Source of the DNA: a virus
Taxonomy: Duplodnaviria; Caudoviricetes
Reading direction: 5' to 3' (one strand)
Virus record (IMG/VR): IMGVR_UViG_3300021978_000001
Coordinates: 192,001-256,000 of that record
DNA length: 64,000 nt
Shown here: positions 1-12,600 of the stretch, one piece after another
Layout: every line of letters begins with the position of its first letter
How positions within the stretch are numbered: position 1 is the stretch's first letter
Program-made: the position numbers and the translations under genes
The notes under the pieces: generated by a model
What the model saw: only the letters and a program-made list of their open reading frames with translations
Told to the model about the DNA's origin: nothing
The model's database searches: none

Positions 1-237
1 CTTTGCAAGATCGGAGACACGCGTGATTTTGGTGGTGAGGTCGAGACGGACATCATCCCTTAACGCGTGGTGAAACACGTACTGGGTACGCTTTCCTTTC
101 GAGACCTGTGCAGAGACTCGCGTGGAGCGGTACTTGAACGTGACCCAACCCGACTCCCCCGCAGGACCCTCGGAGAACTCTTCCTTCTCCACCATGCCTT
201 GTTCCTGGGCTTTTTTGTACAATGTATCGAACGTCAT
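1..237 (-). CDS. hypothetical protein, truncated by window edge (MTFDTLYKKAQEQGMVEKEEF...)
   Basis: Manually translated; ATG at 237 with GGAGG RBS, open to position 1; not in the supplied track. Confidence 0.6.
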   Translation of the reverse strand, partial: MTFDTLYKKAQEQGMVEKEEFSEGPAGESGWVTFKYRSTRVSAQVSKGKRTQYVFHHALRDDVRLDLTTKITRVSDLAK

Positions 238-267
238 GAGGAACCTCCCTCGTTTGGGTTACGATTC

Positions 268-296
268 TTTATACCACAGGGAGGCTCTGACGTAAA
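268..296 (-). promoter_or_regulatory. sigma70-like promoter TTTACG-N17-TATAAA with extended -10 TG
   Basis: Minus strand tttacg tcagagcctccctgtgg tataaa, 30 nt upstream of the ATG at 237. Confidence 0.5.
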
Positions 297-299
297 ACA

Positions 300-1382
300 C
301 TAAGCCCCAGAAAGGTACCTGACGATGCGTTGCGTCATCAAATCACGGATCACATCCGAAAGCGTCTGCCGATGCTCCTCGGAATCCTCTGCCGAATGCA
401 AGAATCCGATCGGTACGCATGCACCTCCTGAGCCTTGTTTGCCCCCTGAATGCTTTGGACCAAACACTTTCTGACAAAACGTGTGTACGTTGACCGATGA
501 GTTCGAGCTTCGCACAGAAGCCTGAATGTCGGGACCAATCATGGCAAACACCACGACCGTTTCAATCCCCTCCATGCGTAGAAACTCATCCGCCATCATG
601 GGGATCGCATCGCGCCGCTTGTCCGTCAGGCGCCCGAGGTAGGAGATGAGCGCTGACGCATTCACCGTCATGTTCTCTGCCGCGCGACTGCGAAGCTCGA
701 AAAGGTAGGGAGGCAGGGGGTAGTGGACGATCTCCTGATACTTCTTCTTGTCGATGTGACAAATCAACGCAGCGTGCGCCGCGAGGTCGAGCCTGCTCGT
801 GTTATCGGACAGGAGCCCATGCGTATCATTTACGATACCGAAGAGCAGCGCGGTCGCGACCTGCTGACCCCTCTCGCTCTCGAACGAGAAATCCTTGTAC
901 CTCAAATAGTCCCAGACGATAGACGAGCATGCACCCACAGCACGAATGTCTTCATGAGGGAGGTCGAGATCGAAGTGATGGTGGTCGATGATCGCGTCCC
1001 AGGTCGAGATGATCTTCTCGAACTCACCTGTATTCTGAGGCGGGGAATCCACGACGACATGATAACCGTAACGCTCGGGTTCATACGTCGAAATATGACT
1101 CAAGCGCATATCCAGGACGTTAACCTCGGTGCGATTTTGAGGGTGACTCACCTCACCCGCATAGAACAAATCACTCACCACACCGAGCGTAGCCTCCAGA
1201 AGCCACTGGAGCCCCAGAGCGCTCCCCAGAGCATCCGGGTCAGGGGTATGCTGCGTCACAATACAAACGCGCGCCTCGGGCTGATTCTTGAGCTTGTGCT
1301 GCACCTGCTGCAAAAAGTGCTCGCACGGGTGCATCGACTCCTGCGGTATACTGTCAGGAGACTCATCAGAAGAAACGTCCAT
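300..1382 (-). CDS. DHH/DHHA1 family phosphoesterase (NrnA/c-di-AMP phosphodiesterase-like)
   Basis: Motifs HTPDPDALGS, VVDS, IIDHH, GIVNDT and C-terminal GGKQGSGG. Confidence 0.9.
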   Translation of the reverse strand: MDVSSDESPDSIPQESMHPCEHFLQQVQHKLKNQPEARVCIVTQHTPDPDALGSALGLQWLLEATLGVVSDLFYAGEVSHPQNRTEVNVLDMRLSHISTYEPERYGYHVVVDSPPQNTGEFEKIISTWDAIIDHHHFDLDLPHEDIRAVGACSSIVWDYLRYKDFSFESERGQQVATALLFGIVNDTHGLLSDNTSRLDLAAHAALICHIDKKKYQEIVHYPLPPYLFELRSRAAENMTVNASALISYLGRLTDKRRDAIPMMADEFLRMEGIETVVVFAMIGPDIQASVRSSNSSVNVHTFCQKVFGPKHSGGKQGSGGACVPIGFLHSAEDSEEHRQTLSDVIRDLMTQRIVRYLSGA

Positions 1383-1391
1383 GATCTACTC

Positions 1392-1673
1392 TCAAATGTC
1401 TTTTTTGGTTAGCCCCTGAAAGCCCCCGAGGTTACGCACCTTGTGGGACTTCACAATGGTTTTGGCGGGCCTCACGTTCGAGCCCTTGTACATGGCTTCG
1501 CGCAAGTCGAGGTGTTCTTTCACCATCTGCACCTTACGCGTATGAGTCATGACCACCTTGAGCTGGTCGGGAGCGGGCGGACTCAGCAAGAGCCCCACCA
1601 GTTCCTCTACCAAATCTCCCAGGGAGAGTTCGTTCAGGCGGTCATGGTAAGTTTCAAAAGACTCCTCAGACAT
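1392..1673 (-). CDS. hypothetical protein, 93 aa
   Basis: Tightly packed co-directional ORF with RBS. Confidence 0.6.
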   Translation of the reverse strand: MSEESFETYHDRLNELSLGDLVEELVGLLLSPPAPDQLKVVMTHTRKVQMVKEHLDLREAMYKGSNVRPAKTIVKSHKVRNLGGFQGLTKKDI

Positions 1674-1675
1674 GG

Positions 1676-2032
1676 TTATTCCTCCACGCCGGGGGTCAAG
1701 TCTTCCTCCAGGCTCTCCTCATCCCCCTCCTCGACGTCCGTTTCCCCACGCACGGGGAGCTGTTCGATGATCTCCGCGAGGCGACCATTCAAGTGCCCTA
1801 CCTCGAACATATACTCGAAGTAAGTCGAGGTCGCGGCCTCTTCCTCCTTGTAGACATACCAGAGCACCTCGTCAGCACTGACACCCACCTTGACCTGTCG
1901 GTGAGACGCCACCTCAAGCACGAAGCGATGTTCGTGGTCGGGGATGCGCTCGAAACCCAGACCCAGAAGTGCTTCTTTGATCTGGTTGGTGTCCGCCTTG
2001 TGGGTCAAACGCCACTTGAAAATAGACGACAT
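1676..2032 (-). CDS. hypothetical protein with acidic C-terminus, 118 aa
   Basis: Packed ORF with GAGGAGG RBS. Confidence 0.65.
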   Translation of the reverse strand: MSSIFKWRLTHKADTNQIKEALLGLGFERIPDHEHRFVLEVASHRQVKVGVSADEVLWYVYKEEEAATSTYFEYMFEVGHLNGRLAEIIEQLPVRGETDVEEGDEESLEEDLTPGVEE

Positions 2033-2033
2033 A

Positions 2034-2342
2034 TCATTCCTCCTCGTTCATCAGAGCACGCACAGAATCACGATGAACATACAAGCCATCATAGGGCGCT
2101 TCACCGTCATACTGATATACATGACACTCGACGATTTGTGAGATTTTCTGGGAGCGCAATGAACAACTCTCGGGCTCGAACCACCAAAAGGCCCCACGCT
2201 CCTGACCTATGAGGTCGATGAGGTACCGCAGAGCCGTGTTCGCTTCTTCGCGTTCCTGTTGCGCGGTCAGGGAGGGAGAAGGACGATACAAGAGCTGCAA
2301 CGTCTTTCCATGCTCCACTTTTTTGAAACGAAGATAATACAC
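2034..2342 (-). CDS. hypothetical protein, 102 aa
   Basis: GTG start with AGGAGG RBS; abuts next gene. Confidence 0.6.
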   Translation of the reverse strand: MYYLRFKKVEHGKTLQLLYRPSPSLTAQQEREEANTALRYLIDLIGQERGAFWWFEPESCSLRSQKISQIVECHVYQYDGEAPYDGLYVHRDSVRALMNEEE

Positions 2343-2415
2343 CTTCGTGACCTCCTACCTCTATACAATCCACAAGAAGAACATCACGAAGGTGTATCAC
2401 AGGAACCCGAAGGGG

Positions 2416-4680
2416 TCAAGGTACGCACGTTGCACTGGGCACCCTGTTACAGAAGGCTTGCTTCTCTGGCGTGGTGAGAAAGGGGTTCCCAGTGAACGTG
2501 AACGCCCCACCAAGGTTAGACAACACTGGAGCACCTGGCAAGGCATCGAAGGATGAGTAGTTGATCGCGAAATCCCCTCCCACCGTGTGGAGCTGATCGA
2601 AGCCTCGCATCTCACCCGGCAACAACATCCCGCCACCCACATGCTGCGTGTGCATCAACACCGTTCCCGTCACCTCAGTCAAAAGAGGGAAGTAATCGAA
2701 GTGCAGCACGGAAATCTTCACACCCTGGAGTCTCAAGGAGCCGTTGAGCTTCGTCACCGCATCGAAGGCGCACTCGACACCTGTCGAATCACAGAAGGTC
2801 AGGTTCATGAAGCTGAAATCCACGCCGCCCGTCTCGGTCAATGCGCTCAGGGCGCTCGCGTCTTCAATCGTGGGGCGAGCTTTGGCGCTCGTGGACTCGT
2901 GGGTTCGCACGCGCCCTTCCACCCGCGTCAAGTTCTCCAGACCATGCAGGCTGTAGATCGTCGTATCCACGTTGGAGCGGCCTGGACCTTCGATGACCAA
3001 ATCACCGCCGATGTGAACCAGGGGGAGCGCCGTGGGGTGGATCTCTGCCAAATCGTAGGACGTTCGCTTGCATTGACGAGTCGCGCCGTTGTAATCCACG
3101 ACCGTGCCCTCGTTACTCGCACCCGTTCGGATGAACAAGCTCCCCGAGATCGAGCAGTATTGCGTGGGGTCCATGATGCCTCCGTAAGGCTGGTCACAAT
3201 CCCAATCACCCACAGCCCAGCGAGGCGTTCCGATCGGAGAGTTCCAGTCCTGCTCGTTACGCGCGACCATCAAGGTCACATCTCCCTGGTACTGGGTACA
3301 GGTCGCGGGGCGTGCTGCAACCTGCTGGCAGGTAGTGGTGCAAGCGGAAGGGCAATCTTCCCATGGCTCACATTGAGGCGCCTGCGCGACGTTGGCGTTA
3401 CCGAGGTCACACTGTTCGTTCCCTTGAACCACACCGTCCCCACACGTGCCACCCTGTTCAGTGATGACACCCGAGCAATCGGCGGCACACCAGGAGCACG
3501 TCCCGTTGTAGGGAGCGGTACAAGCCTGTCCCGTTTGCGCTCCTGCGTCACACTGTTCACTGCCTTCGATGATGCCATCGCCACACACGTTCAACTCGCG
3601 ACAGGTCACGCCATCCCCCGTGTATCCGGCATCGCAATCACAACGATAACCGCCCACTTCGTTGGTGCACGTCGCGTTGGCGCCACATGGGTTGTTCTGG
3701 CATTCATCCACATCTTCACACACGAAGCGTCCTTCCCCTTGCGTGGCATCACGATTCACACAGGTCGTTCCGGCGCCACAGTTATCCTCATTGAAGAGAC
3801 ACTCGTCACGGTCGAAGCACTGGTGCGTGATGTTCTGAGAATCGGTCGCATCCTTGTTGATACACACCGAACCCACAGGGCATGACCCTGGAATGTTACA
3901 CTCGTTGATGTCCACACAGACATAGCCACCACCTTGCGCTTCCTGGCAGGCTTCACCCTCACCACAAGGGTCTCCCTGACACTCGGGGATGTCCTGACAG
4001 GTGAACCCATCCCCCGAGAAACCCGAGTTGCATTCACACATGAAGCCGCCCTGCGTGTTGGTGCAGGTCGCGTTAGCTCCACAGGGGTTATCGAGGCATT
4101 CGTTTCGATCCGCACACGCGCCACCCATGGGCACATAGCCTTCATCACAGGCACACTGTGTGCACCCAACCCCTGCCTCGCATTGTTCCGCGCCGTTCAA
4201 GACACCATCTCCACACGAGCCACCTCGCACCGTTTCTTCGCGACAGTCGAGGCCACAAAACGTGCAGGTCGCGCCGTAAGCAGGATCACACAGCTCCCCA
4301 TTACGTTGACCTTCATCACACTGCTCCGTGCCCTCCACGACGCCATCACCACACTCAGGGGCAGGCATCTCATCCATGTCTTCCTGTGGGGCCATGTCCT
4401 CTTCGCTCATGTCAGAGGACATATCTTCTGTAGGAACTTCCATGTCCTCGCCCATATCCGCCGAAGCCATATCCGTGTCGTCAGGCGTCATATCCTCTTC
4501 AAGCTGTCCCATGTCTTCCGAGAAGTCCGGCGTAATCGTCATGTCCGCCTGGACATCCATATCCCCACTTCGGGGTGTGCTGGTCCCGGAAGGGGACTCC
4601 ACACATGCTGTCATCATCAACGCCACGCAGAGCGCGGCAAGGAACATCATTTTCTGTCGCATCGTGTTCTCCGTGGTCAC
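2416..4680 (-). CDS. predicted lipoprotein with Ca-binding EGF-like repeats, myxobacterial Cys-rich repeats and C-terminal receptor-L/LRR-like repeats
   Basis: Signal/lipobox [13 protein letters not shown]; acidic DM-rich linker; 4x CGDG(V/I)xxGxEQC(D/E); D(I/V)(N/D)EC EGF repeats; repeats such as LENLTRVEG and [11 protein letters not shown]. Confidence 0.9.
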   Translation of the reverse strand: MTTENTMRQKMMFLAALCVALMMTACVESPSGTSTPRSGDMDVQADMTITPDFSEDMGQLEEDMTPDDTDMASADMGEDMEVPTEDMSSDMSEEDMAPQEDMDEMPAPECGDGVVEGTEQCDEGQRNGELCDPAYGATCTFCGLDCREETVRGGSCGDGVLNGAEQCEAGVGCTQCACDEGYVPMGGACADRNECLDNPCGANATCTNTQGGFMCECNSGFSGDGFTCQDIPECQGDPCGEGEACQEAQGGGYVCVDINECNIPGSCPVGSVCINKDATDSQNITHQCFDRDECLFNEDNCGAGTTCVNRDATQGEGRFVCEDVDECQNNPCGANATCTNEVGGYRCDCDAGYTGDGVTCRELNVCGDGIIEGSEQCDAGAQTGQACTAPYNGTCSWCAADCSGVITEQGGTCGDGVVQGNEQCDLGNANVAQAPQCEPWEDCPSACTTTCQQVAARPATCTQYQGDVTLMVARNEQDWNSPIGTPRWAVGDWDCDQPYGGIMDPTQYCSISGSLFIRTGASNEGTVVDYNGATRQCKRTSYDLAEIHPTALPLVHIGGDLVIEGPGRSNVDTTIYSLHGLENLTRVEGRVRTHESTSAKARPTIEDASALSALTETGGVDFSFMNLTFCDSTGVECAFDAVTKLNGSLRLQGVKISVLHFDYFPLLTEVTGTVLMHTQHVGGGMLLPGEMRGFDQLHTVGGDFAINYSSFDALPGAPVLSNLGGAFTFTGNPFLTTPEKQAFCNRVPSATCVP

Positions 4681-4726
4681 GAGTTTGGTTGCCGGAGATC
4701 ACCCCATGTGACCGCCGTAACACTTA

Positions 4727-4755
4727 CTGATACCACAAGGACACCTTGCCGTTAA
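4727..4755 (-). promoter_or_regulatory. sigma70-like promoter TTAACG-N17-TATCAG
   Basis: Same architecture as 268-296, including tgtgg just before the -10; lies between a terminator and the lipoprotein start. Confidence 0.45.
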
Positions 4756-4841
4756 AAAATCTTTCAAGAATAGCGCCGATTTCTGCAACAGGGAAGAGCT
4801 GGAATGATCGTATCACGGTCGAGATCGGGTCTTGACAGCAC

Positions 4842-4871
4842 AAAAAAAGCCCCCACGTGTGTGAGGGCTTT
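4842..4871 (-). terminator. intrinsic terminator after groEL operon
   Basis: Minus strand aagccctcac-acac-gtgggggctt followed by a T-run. Confidence 0.8.
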
Positions 4872-4892
4872 CGAGTACAGGTCTTGAGGGGC

Positions 4893-6834
<1,942 letters not shown>

Positions 6835-6896
6835 TCAACCATACGCTCATGTCCTTGTTTCGTCAAACGGTTTGTACTCTGGTCAGGTGCCTTGGG

Positions 6897-7265
6897 TTAA
6901 TCGTGGGACGAATCAAGTCCGCGCCCAAGGCCCGAGATTCCTGTTGCCATGTAGGTCTCAGGCAGATCACGCGAACAAAGGCGTCCCTCTGTCAAGCAGA
7001 GACTCCCCACAGCGATGTCCTTGATCACACCACGATAAGGCTTCATACCATACACGACCGACGCATACGACACCCCATAACCCTCCACGAACTTGGAGCG
7101 AATCTCCACGAGGCACGCAAAGCCGAAAGTTGTGTAGACAAGAAGCCTATCGCCCTCTTGCAGGGGGATACTGTCCAGTTCGAGATGAGGCACCTCACCA
7201 TGCATGCGCCAAACAAGGCGTCCGTAACGTGGTTGGAAGGTCTCTTCGTGCGTCTCTGTGCTCAT
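6897..7265 (-). CDS. hypothetical protein, 122 aa
   Basis: 4-nt overlap with upstream ORF. Confidence 0.55.
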   Translation of the reverse strand: MSTETHEETFQPRYGRLVWRMHGEVPHLELDSIPLQEGDRLLVYTTFGFACLVEIRSKFVEGYGVSYASVVYGMKPYRGVIKDIAVGSLCLTEGRLCSRDLPETYMATGISGLGRGLDSSHD

Positions 7266-7648
7266 GAAGGCGGCTCCTCGTAGTGTGTAGTGTAAACATA
7301 GGGATCAGGGAGAGCATCCAGCTCGCGCGCTTGCGCCGTGGTCAACGTCTCGACGAAGTACAGCGCATCCTCACGCTCCCCTCCCCACATGCATGTGACC
7401 AGATAAATAGAACCTGAACATGATTCGGTCACCATATCCCGACACAACACGAGGCCATCTATAAAAGCCTCCAGGCGCTCGGGCGTCGTGCTCTTGACGA
7501 TGTACGTCATGGACGCCTGCCCGTGGTCAATGCCATGAAAATAAGCCAACCAGGACACTCCCAGGTGGTCTCTCCATGTCATGATCACGGGAGACCCATC
7601 ATAGGTCTCCAAAACTTCCAGGGTATCCTGGTGTTGCCACCACAACAT
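7262..7648 (-). CDS. hypothetical protein, 128 aa
   Basis: RBS AGGAGAG; packed operon. Confidence 0.6.
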   Translation of the reverse strand: MLWWQHQDTLEVLETYDGSPVIMTWRDHLGVSWLAYFHGIDHGQASMTYIVKSTTPERLEAFIDGLVLCRDMVTESCSGSIYLVTCMWGGEREDALYFVETLTTAQARELDALPDPYVYTTHYEEPPS

Positions 7649-7657
7649 AAGCTCTCC

Positions 7658-8701
7658 TCAATCCTTGTATACAGGGTAAAACTTCTGACGATTCTCGACA
7701 TGCCTCTCATATCCTGCAACGCTGCGAGGAGTTAATCCCAGAGCAGAATCCCTGGCCAGCATATAGAGGCGACGCACTTTCTTCACAAACTCTTCGCGTT
7801 GTGCATCCTTGACTTCGGCAGGATCGAACAGATCCGGTTGAATAGGAGGCGCTTCATCTTCAGCCTCCCACTCCCACTCTCTCAAGACAGTGGTGTTACG
7901 ATTGCGGACGCTACAGAGCTTGAGCATCTGCTGTTTCTTGCAGATGTACACGCGCGTCTGACCTGGCATATCAAACTCATTGATGTCCGCGTAGTATTCA
8001 CCAAACTCGGAAGAGCTTTCACTCCAGGCAAAGTCCTTGATCGCGGTACCATGCAAGAGGCGGTCTACCACGAGATGACGCAAGTGCATGTCATACTCTT
8101 CGGGTTCCATCGCGACCAGCGCACGCCACCGATCGCCCCATCGTTTCTTCTCTTCCTCTTCTGCCTCTTTGGCGAGACGTTCTTCCTCCTCCTTTTCTTC
8201 TTTCCGCAGGCGCCGCTCTTCCTCTTCTGCTTCCTCGCGCTCTTTCTTGAGTCGCGCTTTCTCGCGCGCCTCTTTCTCTTCCTGTTCAGCACGAAGGCGC
8301 CGCTCCTCATCCAGCGCAGCCTCGCGCTCTGCCTCCGCACGCTCCTTCTCCAGGCGCTTGATTTCCTTCTCCTCTTCGAGAAGGCGGCGTTGCTCTTGCA
8401 GCACCATGAAACGCTCCTGGAAGCCCAGGGAGTGTTCGCCAGCAAAGATGTCCTTGGCGTCTCCTTCGAGCTTATCATCGAACGCTTCGAGGTCTGTCAG
8501 GAGCTTTAGAGGACGCTCCTGGTTATCGAGCTGCGTGCCAATATGCCCCAGCCGCGTCGCGTTACGATCGACCATGGTCGCATGTTCTTCGAGCAAGCGC
8601 GCTTGCTTCGAGGTCTTGCGCGTTAATGCGAGGTTCCAAAGGAACATCACAGTTAACACTGCCGCCAAAGCCCACGCTATGGTGCTCAGACTTACCACCA
8701 T
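7658..8701 (-). CDS. N-terminally membrane-anchored E/K/R-rich coiled-coil protein
   Basis: Hydrophobic helix IAWALAAVLTVMFLWNLAL followed by ~100 aa of charged coiled coil. Confidence 0.75.
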   Translation of the reverse strand: MVVSLSTIAWALAAVLTVMFLWNLALTRKTSKQARLLEEHATMVDRNATRLGHIGTQLDNQERPLKLLTDLEAFDDKLEGDAKDIFAGEHSLGFQERFMVLQEQRRLLEEEKEIKRLEKERAEAEREAALDEERRLRAEQEEKEAREKARLKKEREEAEEEERRLRKEEKEEEERLAKEAEEEEKKRWGDRWRALVAMEPEEYDMHLRHLVVDRLLHGTAIKDFAWSESSSEFGEYYADINEFDMPGQTRVYICKKQQMLKLCSVRNRNTTVLREWEWEAEDEAPPIQPDLFDPAEVKDAQREEFVKKVRRLYMLARDSALGLTPRSVAGYERHVENRQKFYPVYKD

Positions 8702-8766
8702 CTTTTTTCTCCGTGTAAACTATCGTGTCGTGTTGTCGATCAGGTACGCCTCGAAGCTACCACGAT

Positions 8767-9570
8767 TTAGCAGGAAGCGTCAAACTGAGAAGGCACCTCA
8801 CCTTCGTAACGATGCCAGGGGAGGGAACCGTACTCCGAGCGGCGATACCAACCCGGCGTGAGGTCCCCCAACGTCAAGCGGATCTCGATGAGCGAGGGAA
8901 ACCCCTGAATCAAGGTATCCAAGTAAGCCCTTTGTTCCTCCGACAGGGCCAACTCCCAGAACCCGTGACGCCCTTCTGGTTCGATGCCCAGGTGCTTACA
9001 CATATCCTGTTCGACATCCTTGTTCCCAAAGGGACGCTTGGTATCCACACAAGGCCACACCTCCCTTGTCGTGATGTTGAAATGGGGCAAGAGCTTGAGG
9101 TGGTCTTCGGTCACCTCGAAGTAGACCCACCCGCCATAACTTGGACCCTCGGGGTAGGGATCAACCCATGCCACCTCAGAAGTCTCGTTCTCCTCTTGAG
9201 CTTCCTGAATAACGCCTTCCTCCAGGTTCTTCTGTGGCGCCCATGCCCATTTGCGGCGCTCCTTGTCGAAGACGTAATACCCAGGGGTCATCTGCCGCGC
9301 CTGAAACACCACCTGGAGCGCGCTCGCAAGCTCACGGTGGAGCGTGTAACACGTGTCATGCTCCTCGCGAGTCAGGCTACGATCTTCCGTGGGTCCCAGG
9401 ATGCCCACCGCGCGCGCAATGTCTTCCTCGATACCCATCGAGTTACCATACGGGCGCTTCGGGTCAATCAGGGGCGCGCCGTATTCAGCATGCTCATCAA
9501 AATCAATCTCAGCTTCAGCGAGCAAAGCGAGATGCTCACGCTTCAAGAGAAAATACGTGGGGTCTGCCAT
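8767..9570 (-). CDS. hypothetical protein made of two tandem homologous ~130-aa domains
   Basis: EHLALL..IDPKRPYGNS..DIARAVGI..TPGYY versus DHLKLL..VDTKRPFGNK..DMCKHLGI..TPGWY. Confidence 0.75.
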   Translation of the reverse strand: MADPTYFLLKREHLALLAEAEIDFDEHAEYGAPLIDPKRPYGNSMGIEEDIARAVGILGPTEDRSLTREEHDTCYTLHRELASALQVVFQARQMTPGYYVFDKERRKWAWAPQKNLEEGVIQEAQEENETSEVAWVDPYPEGPSYGGWVYFEVTEDHLKLLPHFNITTREVWPCVDTKRPFGNKDVEQDMCKHLGIEPEGRHGFWELALSEEQRAYLDTLIQGFPSLIEIRLTLGDLTPGWYRRSEYGSLPWHRYEGEVPSQFDASC

Positions 9571-9635
9571 AACTACTCCGCTGGTCCCGGGGAGGGGTCC
9601 TCATGCGTAGCATGCTTTACGATAAAGTGTCAAAG

Positions 9636-9670
9636 AAAAACCCCTTGGCCAGGAAGCCAAGGGGTTTTTT
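9636..9670. terminator. bidirectional intrinsic terminator downstream of tail sheath
   Basis: aaaaaccccttggc-caggaa-gccaaggggttttt perfect stem with A/T tracts on both sides. Confidence 0.85.
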
Positions 9671-9690
9671 AAGGAGCTACCGAGGAACGC

Positions 9691-12600
9691 TTATGCGATT
9701 CCGTTCGCCGTGATCGTGAAGGTCACCTGGATGTACTTCAGCGGGAAGACCGGCTGATAGAACGCAACCACGCGAAGCAAGGTCGGGTCGTTCGCGTCTG
9801 GCGTCGCAGAGACTCCAGTGAACGCGTTGATGATGTTCTGCTCCACGAGCGTGTTGAGCAAGCCCGAAAGCGTCTGCTCGACATCCTGCGCGCGCGACAC
9901 CAGGAACTTGGTACCGATGTAGCGTTCGAGCGCTGCGCGCGTCTGCTGCTGAACGAAATCCTGGATCGCCACGATGGAAGGAATGCGCGTGAAGACCGAC
10001 GAAGGATCGGTCGTCACACCATCACGAACACGGAGCGAGAGCCCCACATTCTCCAGGACAAGCACCCCATCGACCGCGAGCGCGTTCTTGGTTGGCTCGT
10101 CGAGCTGACGGTTGATGCGCGTGAAGCCTACAAGCGTGCGACGCGTGACAGGTTGTGCGACATCGAACTGAGGGTTCGCGAGCACACCTGCCATGGCCGC
10201 TGCCAGGTAAGTCCCATCGACCACCGACTGCACCTCACCTCCCTGCCCATCCGGGAGAGAAACGATAGCGCTATCAGGGTACAGCAAGAGCGCACGTGCC
10301 GAGTTCAAGCTACGCGCGAGGGCGCGAGCATCTTCAGGACGCGTGCCAGAAGCCACACCGAAGATGCAGCGACGTTCTTGCTTGTAGCGTGGGCTCGCCT
10401 GTACTGCTGCGTGATTCACGTATGCCGCCATCACCGTGGGGTCAGACGTCAAGGGTACCAGCAGATCAGGGCGAACACCACCCGTCAAGGGCTGTCCGAG
10501 TTCCGTGAGCGCCGAGATGTACGACGTGCTCGTAGCCTGACCCAAGCCAGTCGCGCGAGGCACCTGCTTGAGACCGAGGACCACCGCGCCGTTGAGGATG
10601 GCGAAGTAAGCTGCCAATGTCAGCGGATTCTCGGGCGAAAGATCACCATACGCTGCCTGAATCGCCGCGAACGACGTGAACAGTTGCGTGGAGAAGTCCG
10701 TCTTGTTGTAGTCGTAGGTGATGTAGTAGAAGTCACCGTTCGCAGGCTCCTGGCCCGAAGAGTTGAACGTGGTGACCGTTGCCGTATCACCGATGCCAAC
10801 ATCTTCTGTGCTGGTTACCACGAGTTCGGCACCGCCCACTGCCTTGACCACGCGGCTGACCGAGGTCTCGAAGACATTGGAGACCACGAGCGTGAACGAC
10901 TCGCCCACAGGGTAGTTCCCTCCTGCCTCTTCCAGCAAGGTGAAGGTCAAGCCCGTCGTATCATCGACATAGGTCTGACCCACGACACCCGAACCCGAAG
11001 ACCCAGAGGCCGCGCTCGACGTGACATCGAAGCCATCCGTCGCAGCAACACCCGAAGCAGAATCCGCTGCCTCGAAGCCAATCCCGGTATCGTTGAGCAC
11101 CGTATCCGCGCCCGTCCCGATGGTGAACGAGGTCGTCGCTCCCGTCGAGAACGTTTCCAGGCGAAGATAGTCTCCCTCACCCTGTACCGTGAACACGGAC
11201 GCGAATGCATCCGCGATAAACTCGGTCCCGGAAACAGGAGCAGTCCAATCCGCAGCGGTCGCGTTGAGCACCGCCACGATCTCTTCCGTCTCCACACGAC
11301 GCTGTGCCGCCGCATCCCCGAGCGTGAAGCCTACGAACTCGTTGGCCGTTCCCGCGCCGATCGCAATCGAGGAGTTGTTGGTGATCGTTGCCGACGTGAT
11401 GCGGATGGTATCATCCACATCGATCACGGTTGCCGTGGCACCGAGTGCAGTGTCAATCACCGTAGCGATGTCAGCAACACTGGCCACACCACCGAAGCCC
11501 GTGATCGTGGATTCGACACCATCAATCGAGACGATGAACGAAGCCCCCGTCAAAGCAGCAAGCTGTGTGATGTCAGTCGCGCTGATCGGATCACTCAGTA
11601 GCGTCGCAGCCTTGTTAACCGCAGCTTCCGTACCTGCTGCCGAAGCAAAATCATCGAAACCGAGCGTGGCGTTGGCATTCCCATCAAGGACGCGGATCAA
11701 CGAAGGCTCGTCCGGGCCACCTGGGGTGACCTTGGAGCGCAAGAGGATACGATCCTTGTCCGCACCACCATCACGAGCTTGCGCCACGAGGATGTTGGTC
11801 ACCAGGTCGTTATCCGTAAACCCAAGCGTCGCGTTGGCGTTGCCTGTACCGATTTCGAGCGTCATGGAAGCGTCGATCTTGATCGCACCTCCCACGACCG
11901 TGACATTGACATCGTTACCAGCAACCGCCGTGTCACCCACAGTCAACCCCGCGAGCCCCAAGGCTGTCGTGATGTCCGTGAGCACATCGTTTGCTGTCTG
12001 TGCAGCACCCGCAGTGAGCGTCACGTTCACGAGCGTACCGTTAACCGTGAGGTCGAAGGCATCATTGGTCGCGCCCACGATGTTGAACGGCTCGACCTGG
12101 GTACCCGTCAAGGTCGCGGTCGTCGGTACTGCGCGCCAGATGGCTTCAACAATATCAGCCAACGAAACGGCTGCACCAGTGGGGAGCGTTGCCGAGTAGG
12201 CGGTACCATCCACCTCGAAATCGAAGGTGTCGTTCGTCGCAGCGACGATGTTGAAGGTCGCGCCATCATCGAAAGCATCCGACACCAGAACACCGAAGGC
12301 AGCCTGGTTGAGATCCACCGTGAGGTCCGAGCCGTTGACGTTGATGTACAACGTATCCGACGCAGCAGGGTAGATGTCGTAAGTGCCTGGCAAGTTGTTC
12401 GTCAGGACCGCAGGCAGTGCTTCGTTATCCGTGAAGGTCACGGTCACGGTTTCATTGACACCGCTGGTCCCCGAGATGAACGCATCTGGGTTGGTCTCAC
12501 TCCCCGAAGGGAAGTTGGCCGTGAAGGTCCCTGCGGATTTGGTCCCGAACTGCACACCGTAGAGCTGCGCTCCGAGAAGCGAGCTACGCACCGTGTACTG

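Noticed and set aside
9608-9633. Sigma70 promoter from TTGACA on the minus strand next to the sheath terminator
   Set aside because: The -35 is perfect but no convincing -10 lies at 16-18 nt spacing (best TACGCA), so it was left uncalled.
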